From positions 369,396,001 to 369,460,000 of the forward strand of contig OZ024740.1 of NCBI GenBank assembly GCA_964016885.1: a DNA stretch of 64,000 nt, read 5' to 3'. This document shows, piece by piece, positions 1 to 13,655 of this stretch. A program made the position numbers and the translations under genes. Source of the DNA: Eledone cirrhosa (Eukaryota). Below the pieces are notes generated by a model that saw only the letters and a program-made list of their open reading frames with translations, was not told where the DNA came from and searched no databases. Within the stretch, counting starts at the first letter, position 1. Each line of letters starts with the position of its first letter.

Positions 1-45
<45 letters not shown>

Positions 46-112
46 CACTCATTTAACCGAACTGTAATTGATGGTAAAATATAAAACAGGGTTTCTATGA
101 CACCTAGTTCAA

Positions 113-216
113 TAATTTTTCTACTTTTGGCACAAGGCCAGCAATTACCCAATGTATTACTGGTACTTTATTTTATCGACCCCGTAAGGATGAAAGGCAA
201 AGTTAACCTCGGCGGG
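113..216 (-). mobile_element. tRNA-derived SINE, 3' half (family A)
   Basis: Reverse complement matches the 3' part of the full copy at 7976-8161 (cccgccgaggttaactttgcctttcatccttacggggtcgataaaataaagtaccag...gtagaaa). Confidence 0.9.
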
Positions 217-2467
217 CAATAATACTGTCTTCTTAAAACTATAAGCTTTTGGTATAAAGATCGAACAAGGAATATCACGTTATCAACAGGTATTTTGTTC
301 TGCGCCAACTTTGTGTATGACGCAGATCTTTGTAAAAGCACATGCGTAACTCAAAAGGGGGAAAACCCCAGATTTTGGCAAATGAACTCAGCATGTGTAA
401 ATCATGCAAACATTTCATAAATAGCACAAATCGAATAAGCACTGAACCGGGTAGGTTTAAAATAAACTTATGCCATTAATCTGTCAATATAATTATTAAC
501 AAGTTAATTGTAAGACTCGAGAGATTAATACAAATATAAATTCAGCGAGAATCGCATTTCAGCAGATAGAAAAAGCGAAACGAAACGCAAAATCAAATTT
601 ATGCTGGCAAGCACTCTATAGTTAAAAAACCAGAGCTAAACATTTATATATACAGGGTGACCAAACATTCACTAGAAACTTTCTTTTTCCTGTTTCATTG
701 TAATCAGAGAGACGTCAGACCATCAACGTTTGACAGCATAGGCTTTGTAGGTTTTCTTTCAACATATCATTTCCCTTCCTGTCCATACGACACAAATTGA
801 CGTTGGACCAAGGTCACACATTTGTTACCTGACAAGAATATCTTTAGTCTCTGGCGAGTTTAAGAATCGCTTGGCCGTCACATTGCTCTAACATTTATGG
901 AACGGTTGAATCACCTCTGTGTAAATTACTATATTCATTTATTCTATAGAATTAATGAGACCAATTAGAATATTAACAATAGGAGTATTTCAGTTTCAAC
1001 ATTAATTATGATATATAGCATGCAGAGACGTATATGTATATTGATATATGTTTTAATTAGATAGATGTATATCTACGCAGAATTCAGTGCATACTAACTT
1101 GCCTAAATAGTACGTTGAAAATCCTGAGAAATAATTGTTATTATATATATATAACGAGAAATGAAAGACACAGAATATGCAGAATATCAATTGACTCCGA
1201 ATCAAATGGATATTGGAGAGGAAAGATAAACATTCTTAGTTCTAATTTAGGCATAGTGTCAGCAATTTGAAGGAGACGGAAATACCTGCCTGGTATAATA
1301 TTTATCGACTCTGCAAGCAAACAGCCTCTATACGCCTTGTGTACTTTTGTTCCAGCAGTAGCAGAGAGAAAAAGATTCTACAGTTGTTTTTATGTTATTG
1401 CCCCTTAACAAGATTGTGTATTTCTCTCTTTTCTGCTTCACCCTGGAACTCTTCAGAATAAATAGTATTCTCTAAAGTATACATCTGCTGATGACCCTAA
1501 TTTGCATTCCAAGCGATTATAAGGTTGGCTTTGCCACAAATTAAAAACAATATTTGTTATCGTTCTAACATGGCGGGTACGTTCTACCGATGATAGCATA
1601 AGCGGAGTAAAGCTTATCGAATCGTTCCAGTGTCGAACAATATAATTTGACAAATCTATTCCTTGAAATTTTTTCGTATTGTACAGAATTACATGTCGCC
1701 GTTTATCTTACGGAGGCTGATGTAACACTTTAAGGCAGTATGCCAAAATGAATACAGCACACTTTAGGAAACTAATACGATAAGGAAATATATAATTATG
1801 TATGAGTGTTTACACGAGTGGTTTATGTGCTATCGTTAAGGTTTCGGGAAATCAATGGTAAAACTTGTTAGTTAATTTCGTTAGAGACGAACACAATATA
1901 CAAATCATAATTGAATGTATGAATCACAACGCCGAGAGAAAGTGTAAATGTTCAAGTGCAGAGGTTAGTGGTAATTACATATACTATTTTTTACAGAAAA
2001 CCTATAATTCATTCGACGTTTAGGCATATGGTTTCCAATTCTGCATTATAAATAAGGTGAAAAAATAAGTGTAATATTATTTTTAAATTTCGCATTGAAC
2101 AATTTACGTGCAGTTTTGAAACAGCTTTTACGTAATTAAAAATAAATAAAACTAAATAATCTTTGCACTAAGAAATTGTACACTAAATAATTATAATCTA
2201 CAGTAAATAACATGTAAACATTTAGTTATTTGTTTATGTGTGGTAAGTTCAGTTACGTTGTAAAATTTTAAATGATATTAAAGGGAGCTTTTTTATTTTA
2301 AATAGGTGCATTAATTCAGTGCATCAATTTATGAAATTTCTTTTATGTCCATCATAGTTTTATTTTCGACCTGATAACATGCAAGATTCAGTTTCGTAAT
2401 ATACTTATACAACATCCATTAGATGTTGTACACCGATATAATAAATAAGAATATATATATATAACAA

Positions 2468-2544
2468 GCGTACCGACAGTGGAGTTGGGTCCATAACTCC
2501 TATGAGTTACCTTGAGCTAATCCTCTGCGAAACGTACGTAACAC
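2468..2544 (+). ncRNA. Degenerate hammerhead ribozyme remnant
   Basis: The 3' half GAAAC-gtac-GTA is intact, with palindromic ACGTACGT. Stem II gtggag/ctctgc pairs with wobbles. The 5' core has decayed to ccgaca. Flanked by (TA)n and (CATA)n. Confidence 0.4.
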
Positions 2545-2571
2545 GTCGATACACAATGTTGTTTTACATAC

Positions 2572-2635
<64 letters not shown>

Positions 2636-2773
2636 AGTGTAATTTTCTACACAAAACGAAGGTTATAGAGAAAATTGAGGTTGGTAATGGCACATGGAAT
2701 ATATAAGAGACAGAATACTTTTTTGTGAAAAAACATATAATTTTATAAGGTAAGGAAATAATAAAGGGTATAA

Positions 2774-2821
2774 AAAATGACCGGTTTCGATGGGTCTGCA
2801 AAAGCCATCTTTTCAAATGTT
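2774..2821 (-). ncRNA. Minimal type I hammerhead ribozyme, U3-A8 core variant
   Basis: Minus strand reads aacat TTGAAAA gatgg cttttgcagac ccatc GAAAC cg GTC atttt. Stem II is 5 bp, stem III is palindromic ACCGGT, stem I has one mismatch. Confidence 0.75.
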
Positions 2822-3133
2822 GATTAATATTAAGAAAAATTAATAATACGAAGAGTTAAAATTTGAGACTTGAAAATTCAAGTATAAAATTCATTGTGGG
2901 ATTTCATAGCAGTTTTCATCTAGGTAGCAACAACAGGTTGACTGCTGTGTCCCTTTCTGGTAGTGAATGAGAAGTTATTTGGGGTGTGGGTTATTTTATA
3001 AAGGTCAGATTTAGCAATCACCAACTGGCCAGCTGCTGGTCAGTGAGGGGGTGGAAGCAATATACATACACATATCTTCCTGTGGTGGGTAGAAGAGTGG
3101 AGCGTGATAGAAAGGGATTTAGTGCACTTACAC

Positions 3134-3177
3134 CTATATATACACACATACCTTCATCCACACATACATACATATAC

Positions 3178-3214
<37 letters not shown>

Positions 3215-3279
3215 CACACATACATACACACACACATACATATACATACACACATACACACACACACATATATACACAT

Positions 3280-3330
<51 letters not shown>

Positions 3331-3369
3331 TATATATACATACACATACATCCAGATACACACATACAT

Positions 3370-3402
<33 letters not shown>

Positions 3403-3408
3403 CATATA

Positions 3409-3465
<57 letters not shown>

Positions 3466-3790
3466 CCACACATACATACACGCACACACACATATATATA
3501 TACATACACACATACAAACATACACACACACACACACATATATATACACACATACACGCACATATATATACACACACACACACACACGCATATATATATA
3601 TATATACACATACGCATACATCCAGATACCCACATACATACACACACACACACACACGCACACACAATACATACATCCACATGCACACACATACACACAC
3701 ACACACATATACACATACATACACCCACACACAGAGAAATGGCCTTCAAATATATATATATATATATACATACAGACACATATATATATT
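3134..3790. repeat. Compound (TA)n/(CA)n/(CATA)n microsatellite
   Basis: Read directly. It is the source of the spurious YIYI/HTHT ORFs. Confidence 0.98.
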
Positions 3791-4080
3791 TTTTTTTTTT
3801 TTTCCATAATATAAGAAGTTGGGGCAGTGAAATTAAAATACAAGTCATTCTGATCACATTGAGTTCTTCATGTAGATTGGGCCCCGCAACCGACAGTGGT
3901 GAATTCTGTGTGCGCATATATATATAGATATATGTGTGTGCACGTGCAGGGTTTAACATGGATGTGTTGGTCACACAAAGGCATGGTCTGTCAATGAATA
4001 AACCTGATTCTACAGAATTGGTCTCTGGTCTTTAATAGTAGTGATTCCGTGCGTATGTGTGTTTATATTTTATGACAATT

Positions 4081-5730
4081 CTATTGGGGTGATAACCCGT
4101 TTAGTTTTGGTTTAAATTTGTTAAGGAATAGATTTTCTTTGTTTATTCTTTGTTGCTGTGTGAACGAATCTGAGCACTTGTAGAAGGGGAAGATTTTAAA
4201 GTTGGGTAGTGTCATTCCTGCGCAGTTGGCAATATGGCTGCTCAAGGGGATTTTTCTTGTGTTAGCGTCCCGGATTTGTTGGCGGTGGATGGTCATTCTT
4301 TTGCGTAATGAGGTGCCCGTCTGTCCTATGTAGTTGTGTTTGCACCCACCGCAAGTTATTGCGTAAATCAAGTTCTCCGAGTTGCAGGTGAAATTGTTTT
4401 TTACTGTAAATGTTTGGCCATCTTTGAATGTAAATGTTTGTCCTTCAGTGAGGTAGAGGCACGTTCCACAGTTTGTTCTACCACATTTGGTAACTGTAGG
4501 GTTGAGGATTGGTTTGGGTATATTTGGTCCAGTGAGAATGCGTTTAAGTGATTTGGGTTGTCTTTTACTTTTAAGGATCTTGTGTGTTTCAAGAATAGAC
4601 TTCATTTTCACATCTTTAAGTAGGATGGGGAGGTTTTTGTGTAGGTGATCAAACATTTCGGTATTTCTGGGGTTGAAAGTGGATGCATATGGCAGGGTGT
4701 TGAGTGTGGTTTTCTGTTTTGGATTGTTAAGTTGATGGGGATTTAGGTGTTTTGCCCTGTCTATTCCATTGTTGATTATTTCAAGTGGAAAGGCTCTTAA
4801 GATAAGGGTGTCTTTTAGTTCCTTTAGTTTTTGCTCCCGTTTAGGTGGATCTGATACTATGGTACATATACGTTTGGCCAAATTGTAAGGAATGTTAAGT
4901 TTTGTATGTTTTGGGTGACTTGATGTGAAAAAGAGGTATTGCTTGGAATCTGTGGGTTTATAGAATATATCTGTATCTAATTTCCCGTCTATTACAGAGA
5001 TGAGAATATCCAAGAAGGCTAATTCCTTAAGATTGGATTCCATTGTGAATTGTATGTTATTATCTATGTTGTTTATCATGTTTTTAAACGTAGTAAGTGA
5101 GTTCATGTCTTCTTGCCATAGGATAAAGCAGTCGTCTAGATATCTTTTCCAATTGGCTTTGAGGTGTGTGTGGAAAGATTCTCCAAATAAGAGAAGGGAC
5201 TGACTGTATATTTGTTGTTCATGGAATCCCATGACTAGGTTGGCATATGTGGGTGCTACTTTCGTGCCCATTGCCGTACCTGATACTTGTCTGTATGTTG
5301 AACCATTGAATGTGAAGTAGTTATTTTGTAGGATAAAGCGGAGTCCGTCAGTGATAAAATCTGTGTTGATGCGTGTCGGTATTTCTGATGGGTGTGTGTT
5401 AAGCCAGTATTGGACTGCTGTTATTCCATAGTTGTGAGGTATGTTTGTGTAGAGGTTTATTACGTCAAAGGAGACAAGAATTGTATTTGCACTTACTGTT
5501 TTAGGGAGGTGTTTCAGCATGTCAAGGTCATCTCGTATGTAGCTCTGTATATGTTGTAGAAAGGGTTTCAGTAGGATGTCCAGAAAGTTGCTAAGTCTGT
5601 GGGTTTCACATGTAGGGCCTGCTATAATTGGCCTGAGTTTTAGGTCTTCTGGTGGTGTTAGTTCAATGTAATTGTTGGTTGAGGTGTCACATGCATCGTT
5701 TATGGGTTTACATTTGTGAAGTTTCGGTAA
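4081..5730 (-). CDS. PLE reverse transcriptase - GIY-YIG endonuclease (uninterrupted frame, N-terminus missing)
   Basis: The frame stays open upstream of the annotated Met to LPKLHK...LRPIIAGP. RT motifs: SFDVINLYTNIP, QVSGTAMGTKVAPTYANL, RYLDD, FLD. Cys linker KCGRTNCGTC. Endonuclease motif LIYAITC...YIGQT...RMTIH. Confidence 0.93.
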   Translation of the reverse strand, partial: LPKLHKCKPINDACDTSTNNYIELTPPEDLKLRPIIAGPTCETHRLSNFLDILLKPFLQHIQSYIRDDLDMLKHLPKTVSANTILVSFDVINLYTNIPHNYGITAVQYWLNTHPSEIPTRINTDFITDGLRFILQNNYFTFNGSTYRQVSGTAMGTKVAPTYANLVMGFHEQQIYSQSLLLFGESFHTHLKANWKRYLDDCFILWQEDMNSLTTFKNMINNIDNNIQFTMESNLKELAFLDILISVIDGKLDTDIFYKPTDSKQYLFFTSSHPKHTKLNIPYNLAKRICTIVSDPPKREQKLKELKDTLILRAFPLEIINNGIDRAKHLNPHQLNNPKQKTTLNTLPYASTFNPRNTEMFDHLHKNLPILLKDVKMKSILETHKILKSKRQPKSLKRILTGPNIPKPILNPTVTKCGRTNCGTCLYLTEGQTFTFKDGQTFTVKNNFTCNSENLIYAITCGGCKHNYIGQTGTSLRKRMTIHRQQIRDANTRKIPLSSHIANCAGMTLPNFKIFPFYKCSDSFTQQQRINKENLFLNKFKPKLNGLSPQ

Positions 5731-6993
5731 GCTAGTAGATAGATATATATATCTACTAACACTGGATTGAAATACAAATGCTTAAATCATCTAGTATTTA
5801 ATTTCCATCTTCCAAGATATTATCCACGGATTTATTTTTCTCTGCATATATTCCTTGGTATATTTGGAAGTCTGGTTCAATTTTGACGTGCTTTTTAAAG
5901 TATTCTGTTCTTTGTCCCCATGTAAATAATTCATAGAATACATATAGAAAACTTTTTTATTATGGGTTGATGATCTCGTCAAGTTCATGAAAATTATTGA
6001 GCAGATTTGTTAATGACATCAGAACAAAGAGAATATTTTTATGGTTGCGTGTTGATTTAAGTGTATATTTATTATGTGTCAATTGGGAATATACCTTCGT
6101 CATGTAATAGCGAAAGCTTTTTTCAGGTCGGCCATGATTGATATTAAGTGTTAATCTTGAAAGTGCTTTGTTTTTTAGTAGAGTTTAAAGAATACAAATA
6201 ATTAAATACTTGTCACTGTATTTCATTTACCAGTGATAGCAGTTTGTAGTCACAAATGCCGTTACAGTCTTATTTCTGTTCTTTAATAAGAATTTAATTC
6301 CTGCACAGCTTCCTGCCCTTTATGGAGTATGGATGTACAGGCATTGGGAGTAATGGTTATCAAGTTATAGGCGTGCAGTTTGGGATCTTATATATATATT
6401 TAGTTTTTGAGAATCTACAGAATATAAATTGAATTTTTACCAAACAGCTCGTCAGATTTTATTCAGATTTGTTTGTTAATTTATTTAACGCGTTGCAACA
6501 GATAATTTACCACGGGGCAGGCATTTCACATTGAAATTTTTGTCTTGTTTCAGACCATTGAATATTTCAAGAGCATAGAGAATTAAAAAAAGCTGTTCAG
6601 TGTTTTGTTAGTAACAGACATTTGTATTTTATCATGTTCCCCGATCTTCCCCTGATTGCTTTTTTTTAATTATTTTCGTTTAGTTCCTTTAGTTCTAGGA
6701 TTCTTACACATGCATTGCTGTTTGTGTATCCCCTACTGTTGGTTATATTATTTTGGATTTTAATAGAAAATAATTTGGCTTCATGGAAACCCACTCGTGT
6801 TTTGAATAGTCTTTTTCTGCATGATTTGTTTGATAGGCTAAATTTGATATTGCCATAGAATATGTTGATTATTTACTATTACTATTATTTAAAAGAAATA
6901 TTGCTAAAGAAAAGACAGCATTAACGTGCTGTAGCTATTTTCTGTTTCCATTTTATGAAGTATAATTTCTATCCGTTTTCTCCTTATTTTCTT

Positions 6994-7025
<32 letters not shown>

Positions 7026-7975
7026 ATAAGGAAAAGCTAAGTAGTTTCAGATGTTCAAGTCTTTTAATAATAATGCTGTGATATATATTTCAATGACGAC
7101 ACTGGCCACACTATTCTGTGTGCCAGTGTTGCGACATCATCAGACAGCTTGTTACATAATAAGGTTATGTTTCCGAGGCAATCCAAATGGAATCGACATG
7201 GGAACGGACGAAGTGTGTGCTTTGGGTTCTTCATCCGTTCAGGCGCATGTCCGAGGGAAGTTGACCATTAGCTACCGCAGATTTCAACGAAATTCGCTTA
7301 GTCAGTTCCCCCTCTCAGCCAAACAATGACCCATTCAGGCCTGTACCATAGTTTACTGTTACCCATCCCGTCTGTGGCAGTCAGATATATATATATTGCT
7401 TACCTCAGGTAAAGCTGACACTATCATTACGATGAAGAACAGTTTCTCTGGTTATTCCTCTTGTCTGAATTTATTCGAGCATTCAGCATATCGATATTTG
7501 ATTAGTTTGCAAGGACATGCTACATTTATTCAGATGTTCTTTAATTTCCTTATTGGTGTGTAGCTGATTCTTGGGATCCATGTATTATTAAGTTCAGAAT
7601 ATAATTTAACTTTTTATTGAGGCTGCCTATTTGGCTGAATGTCCTGAAAGGAACTTCTACCGTCTTCGTTTTCAGATTTATATTTTCTTCCTTTATATCT
7701 TCTTTTGTATTTCTGTAATGGGTTATTTTATCTTGCGTATTCTGCATTGATTACGTTATTTTAGGGCTGATTTGTATTCACACGATTGTTTAACCTATCA
7801 TCCTTCTTTTGCAGATGCCTATGTTTTGTGCAAATTAGTGTATTTGATTTAGGGGTGCTTACCGTTCTGTATGTTCAGATGGATTGTATTTTTGTTTTAC
7901 ATTAATTATGCAAACTTTCTTTTAGGTTTTGTAGTTTTTTTATAAACGTTAATGTTCATTATGAATCAATATATT

Positions 7976-8161
7976 GGGCGGTGGATTGGCAGTATCGGTA
8001 GAGGGTCGGACGCCATGCTTTCCAGCATAGTTACGTCCCTTTACGATCTGAGTTCAAATCCCGCCGAGGTTGACTTTGCCTTTCATCCTTACGGGGTCGA
8101 TAAAATAAAGTACCAGTAGTGCACTGGGTAATTGCTGGCCTTGTGCCTAAAAGTAGAAACA
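7976..8161 (+). mobile_element. Full-length tRNA-derived SINE (family A) with 18-bp TSD
   Basis: A-box-like TGGCAGTATCGG and B-box GAGTTCAAATCC. The central gcctttcatccttacggggtcgataaa resembles Deu/Nin-type SINE domains (from recall). TSD attatgaatcaatatatt at 7958-7975 and 8162-8179. Confidence 0.93.
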
Positions 8162-9377
8162 ATTATGAATCAATATATTTTCCTTCGTGTGTTTCGATTA
8201 ATAACTCAATCAATACCTTATTTCAATAAATGTTTATACTACTGTACTCTGTTTGTTTCCTTGCGAACTGTGTACAGGATATGCTGCGTTCGCTTTCTAG
8301 TACCTCTTATATTATTGTGGGCTTTCCCAATTTTCCTTTATGTACTTTCATAATTATTATTTTAATTATTAGAATTTTATTTATATTGAATTATCTATAA
8401 ATTATCTATATCTGAATAATACTCATTTCCCCATTCAATTTGAAATATACATTTTTTTGCTAGCATCGATACTTCGATTTGGAGGCAATTTCTATTACGC
8501 AACTTTATTCTAACGACCATAATTGACCTCCCTGTATGCGTGGGTTTACATATGCCAGATTAAGGTCAATTTGCAATCTCTGTTATTTTACTTCCTTTAC
8601 GTGTATAACAACGTGCCTCTTTTGCCATATAATACATTTGAATTAATTCCAGTAGAACTGCTATATGTATTTGCTCATGTCCATGATTTGGTGCTAAGTG
8701 AAAATATGGTTAGAATTTTCATCCCACCGAATATATATTTTGCACTTTCAACGGCTGTGGTAGGATATTTCTCGCAATGAGAAATATTTAGTTTCTCAGC
8801 CAATGATGATGCATTTATTAGTTTATTTTCGCTTTCTTCCGGATATTGAAATACTAGCCGTGTTTTGTTTAGGATATTTTTAGACTGGGAATCACTAACA
8901 TTATTTTACGATCAGTCTCTTTCCAACTATCACTTTCGATGTTTTGCTTTCTCTGTACAAACGATTGCCACCTCAGCATATGTTACGACATAAAACATTT
9001 TTAAAGATATGATTTTTTCCCTAAAGCTTTTCCTAGGAGATATATGATAATGGTTTACTAGTTGTATAGGTATTTCTATGTTCCATTAATCGTAGCTAAT
9101 ATCGATGGGTTTTTGTTTTTTTTTGTTTTATTTTTGTTTAATGTTACAAATTGTCCAGTTGGTAATGATATAAACATAAATGGTTAAAGAAATTATTAAC
9201 TAATTAAATTTCTTCTCAGTTTAATTGTATAAGAACCTTCATCTCCTTCTTGATTGTATATTACATATTTCTTTTTCATGTTTTATTTTATTTTTAAGCT
9301 CTTTTCAAATTTTTCTGTCATTTTTTTTTATTTTTTACATATCACCACCAACACCTTCATCATCATCACCATCAACA

Positions 9378-9388
9378 TTCTTCTTCTT

Positions 9389-9419
<31 letters not shown>

Positions 9420-9510
9420 TTCTTCTTCTTCTCTTTTCTTTTCTTTTCTTTTCTTTTCTTTTCTTTTCTTTTCTTTTCTTTTCTTTTTTTTATTTTTATT
9501 TTTATTTTTC
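9378..9510. repeat. (TTC)n/(TTTTC)n pyrimidine tract
   Basis: Read directly. Confidence 0.95.
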
Positions 9511-10043
9511 TTACCCGTCTCGACACAACGTGTTAATTTGCTCCATAAGTTTTATTCCTTTTTCTCATTGTTATTCTTTATATATTGAATATTTGTTAGT
9601 TATATAGATTCGCTAACCTCAATATTTGTTAACGGTCAATGTTTTTAACTTGAAGTATTTGTTTTACCAACAGGCACCTCAATTCGTTTTTAAAATTAAG
9701 ATGACAGATGACAAGAAATCCGTTGTACTCAAAAGCGGTCTTTCCGCATGACAAAACAGCCGGCTGACAACCAACGTAACCATGGTCACCACCACTACAG
9801 AGAAACATTCGGGACCAACATCTTAAAGTGACACAAAATCTTATCCTGGTGTCCATATCCCTTGAAACATACAAACACATTATGGAAATGTTCTCCCACG
9901 ACGTGAGACCTCTAATATAATATCCATGGATAAACTTTTAAAGGAATCTCAACCACATATGGAGATAATACTACCAAATACGAAACAGTACCAAGAGGGT
10001 AAATAGCCACTCCTATTTTCTCTTTAAACTATTTACACCCAAC

Positions 10044-10520
10044 ATGGCAAATTTGAGAGTAAGCTGCTGAAATGTATGAAGTCTGGGATTGTTCTGGAAG
10101 CAAGATGCGTGGTGGACCTGGGTGTGAGTAGTAATACATTTGGTGCTTTTAGATTTGTGGTCGTCTATGCTCCGACCTGGGCAGGACGGCCAAATGTTTC
10201 CAACCGTCTGGAAGCCTTACTAGGAACGTCTCACGCTTTTGGTTTAGTGGTGGACTGGAACAACATATTTGACGCAATATGTGGAAGAGTAGCTCATAGA
10301 AGCGAGTAATGCGAAAACCTCAAGAACCTGATTTGACATTTCCAGCTGTTTGATATATAGTTATAAGTTATCCAGAATGTGCTAGTGTTGAAATGGACCA
10401 CTTCCATAGGGTCATCCAGGTCGCATATAAATTGGGTTTTCATTAGGATACCCAATAAGTATAGTATAGGGTATTCACAATCTCAAACAGTGACTTATTT
10501 AGACAGACCATAAATTCGTG
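10044..10520 (+). pseudogene. L1/Tx1-clade LINE apurinic endonuclease remnant
   Basis: Degenerate APE motifs in the expected order: MANLRVSC*NV, FRFVVVYAP, LVVDWN (GDWN-like), WT..IGSSRSHINWV (SxLDR-like), DHK. Contains stops and frameshifts. Confidence 0.65.
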
Positions 10521-11220
10521 TCACAATTAATAATAATTGTCAGCTTTGAATTCTGCGCTTCTCATTTAGTGTTCGAATATTCCTTTTTCTGTTAGTTTGA
10601 GACATACTGGTTAAATGTAATGGAATTTTGTAGGTTCTTCTCTACGCAGGGGAAAATTATCACCAATATTGTAGGAGGTGGGGATAATTGTTTTAGTATA
10701 TTTAGTGGTAATAGTCTCTTCCTCATATAATATTGCTTCTGGTATCCCATTCCAACCAAACCAATGTGAAAGTGAGAGCGTTTTACTTATTTTTTTAACA
10801 TTCAATTCGCAAAAATATCCCCCTTGCAAATACATACCTTGGGAGTGAAACACTATATTTTATCTACATGACATCACCATGCTGCGTTTTGTTGCAGCTT
10901 TAGATTCATATTTTACAAAAAATGTAAAGAAGGTTTTTAGTGCATAAATGGGCTAATGTAGGAATGTTGATACTATCTGGTAGAAGATTTCAAGATGTTA
11001 ATAATGAATGAGATGGAGAAAGAGTGGGTGTTTTTGATAGATGATGCAGAGAATTGATTGCAGAACCTGTTTAATATGTTTTTGTTGACCGCAAAAGGAT
11101 AATATGCAAAGTTGTCACCGTCAGTATTTAACTATGAGCGCTGAAAATCGCATCACATATGGCAAAATACATTATCTGACGATCCAACCACTTCCTATTC
11201 ACCGCCACCGTAGTTAGATT

Positions 11221-11309
<89 letters not shown>
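11221..11309. repeat. (CAG)n(TAG)n microsatellite
   Basis: Read directly. Confidence 0.97.
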
Positions 11310-12888
11310 TATTTCCTACAAGCTAAGTTAACAGTACCACATGCTATTTTTTTCTGTGAGAATATATAACAGTGCGGTGGAAATTGAGGCGGTGGAAATT
11401 TCTCGCAATTAATCTATACGAGATTAATGTAACAAATTGTAAAAGTAAATAAAAATATATGTACTCCCACAACAAAAATTAACGTATTTCCCGGTTTGGA
11501 ATAAATATGCATTAATTATTGAATTAGAGGTTCAAGGAAACATGGGATCATTCGAAAGAAAGGCTCTATTGAAATTCAATACGAATTATAACATGTTGCA
11601 AAATGCTTTGAATTCGTGCGGAAGATTATAAAATCCAATATCTCTATTGGGATTTCTAACAAATCCACGAAAGGTACACGCATTTTAGTTGATTAATCAT
11701 CAAACAATATAGCTCTGGATGTGTCTTCAAAAATCGAGAAATAGGAAATGTGAGAGGCATGTACGTGAATATGTGTAATAAAGATCTGTATGGCGGTGGA
11801 GAAACTGGATACAGTGAGAGCGAGTATGAGGTGGCTAAGAAGAAGGAATACAATGGAATACACTAAGAGACACCAACAGGAAAGTCTAACGAGCTCATCA
11901 AGAAAGAGAGATCGTGAGATAAAAATAATATCATATAAAAGCTGGCCATAGTATAGGATATAGTTATTATGGCAAACATCATCGCTCCCAAGGAGCGATG
12001 ATATATTGTTCGTTAATATTTCCTTCAATGATCTGCTAAAGAAAAGGAGAGATAAAAGAAAATCTTGCAGACGACATATATGAAGAGCAAACAAAAATCG
12101 TATCTACTGTTTAAATGTTTAGTTAATGCCATTTTGAAATTGAATAAAATAAGTGGTACATTCTATTGCTTGGAATGTGTATAGAGACTTTCCTTCGCGT
12201 GTATGTTAAACATTTATTATTAACTCGAAGAATTTTGGTCCTATGCAAATGTTACCAACTTTCACTCCTTTCTTTACGTTTGCTTCAAAATATCATTAAT
12301 ATGATAACAAGACACATTTTGCTAAATCGACATACATTCCATAAGAAAATATGTCGAACATTTTTTATAATGGTATCGAACTACACTTTCATGTTGTAAG
12401 AACATGAAGATGTTATACATATATTAAAAACAGTAAACAATAGCATACATCACCCTAAAAACAAATATCAGGCAAATTATAGCTACAATTTTCAGATCCC
12501 ATTGATTCTTCAGAACACAACAAAACTACATCACAATGATTGACGTTCTTCTTCAGCAAATTCTTCAATTACTGACACTTACTAAATCTGTAAATCTCAA
12601 CTGAGACAAAAAGTAGAATCGGGTTACCACATCCTGGATGCGGATCCACATATGGATATCATAAACTGCATCCAAATAAGGTTAAATTAATGATCGGTGG
12701 GAATTCATTAGCTAACACAAATAAATGTAAGGCCCAGAGACTGTCTATTCACACTCTATTTGTTTTAGCTACTACACAACGTTTAGTCTTGTCACCTATG
12801 CACTGACATTCAGGTAACACATACCTATTCTCTCTCCTCATGAATATTGTCTGTAACACATATATGCTTTACAAGGAATTCATATATA

Positions 12889-12969
<81 letters not shown>

Positions 12970-13019
12970 GAATGAATTTATACAGCTCCAACCGGGATTG
13001 ATTGAAGCATATTTTATAT

Positions 13020-13069
<50 letters not shown>

Positions 13070-13442
13070 CACATACATATATATATACATTTATATACAG
13101 TGGCGGACTGGGTCTGAAAATATTGGTTGCCAGGAGATAAAGGAGGCCGACCTACATATAGAAGGGTATCATTTAATGTTTATAATGAATAAATAGCATT
13201 TTCGAAAAATACGTAAGTGGAAAGAAAACAGCGGAATCAAATTTTTGAAGAGAAATATTTTACCTTCTCCAGTAAAAACTATTATTCATTTTTGGAAATC
13301 TAGATACTTTCAATAGAGACCAGAAGTCATTCCTAAATATTACTAACAGCTCTAGGAAAGCCATGAACGACACCACATCTTTTTCATTTTGATTTTGAAA
13401 GTAAGTTTATAATTGTCAATTTTCATTATGATTTTGTAGCTG

Positions 13443-13544
13443 TCTCTGTGGCCTAGTGGGAGAAATCATAGATGGTGGTGATCCTGGTCTAAAGTTCGAT
13501 CCTGGTCGGGAGTAGGGTTCTCGGTAAACCTCTTCAGTTTTTTT
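13443..13544 (+). ncRNA. tRNA-Glu-like Pol III unit (not a canonical tRNA)
   Basis: A box TGGCCTAGTGG, B box GTTCGATCC, ends resembling tRNA-Glu (TCCCTGGTGGTCTAGTGG...CCCGGTCAGGGA), T7 run at 13538-13544. No recognisable anticodon arm. Confidence 0.55.
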
Positions 13545-13560
13545 CTATAGGTTGTAAAAT

Positions 13561-13655
13561 AAAAACTGAAAAAGATTACATGTACTTCTTGACCAGGATT
13601 GAAACGAAGGTTAGCATCTGCGCCATCACTAGTACCTACCACTAGACCACAGAGA
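13561..13655 (-). ncRNA. tRNA-Glu-like Pol III unit, inverted partner
   Basis: Minus strand reads tctctgTGGTCTAGTGGtagg...GTTTCAATCCtggtcaagaa, followed by T5 runs. TATAA lies about 25 nt upstream. Confidence 0.5.

Larger units (their letters stand above)
2632..5731 (-). mobile_element. Penelope-like element, Neptune-type, 5'-truncated
   Basis: RT plus GIY-YIG frame at 4081-5730. The 3' UTR/pLTR is interrupted by a compound microsatellite, carries an HHR at 2774-2821 and ends in (TA)n. Confidence 0.88.

Noticed and set aside
652-925. Possible mariner-type MITE (TA-cagggtg ... cacctctg)
   Set aside because: The terminal match is too short and degenerate to support.
2986-3974. Long ORFs rich in YI/HT/CV repeats (also at 18633, 24495, 28190, 34244, 38737, 42708, 52417)
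   Set aside because: These are translations of dinucleotide microsatellites that lack stop codons, not genes.
12770-12820. Possible minus-strand HHR relic (acCTGAatgtc...gacTAAACgttGT)
   Set aside because: Both core halves are altered and cannot be told from chance.
13443-13655. Functional tRNA genes
   Set aside because: A and B boxes are present but no anticodon stem-loop or full cloverleaf can be drawn. Kept only as tRNA-like units.
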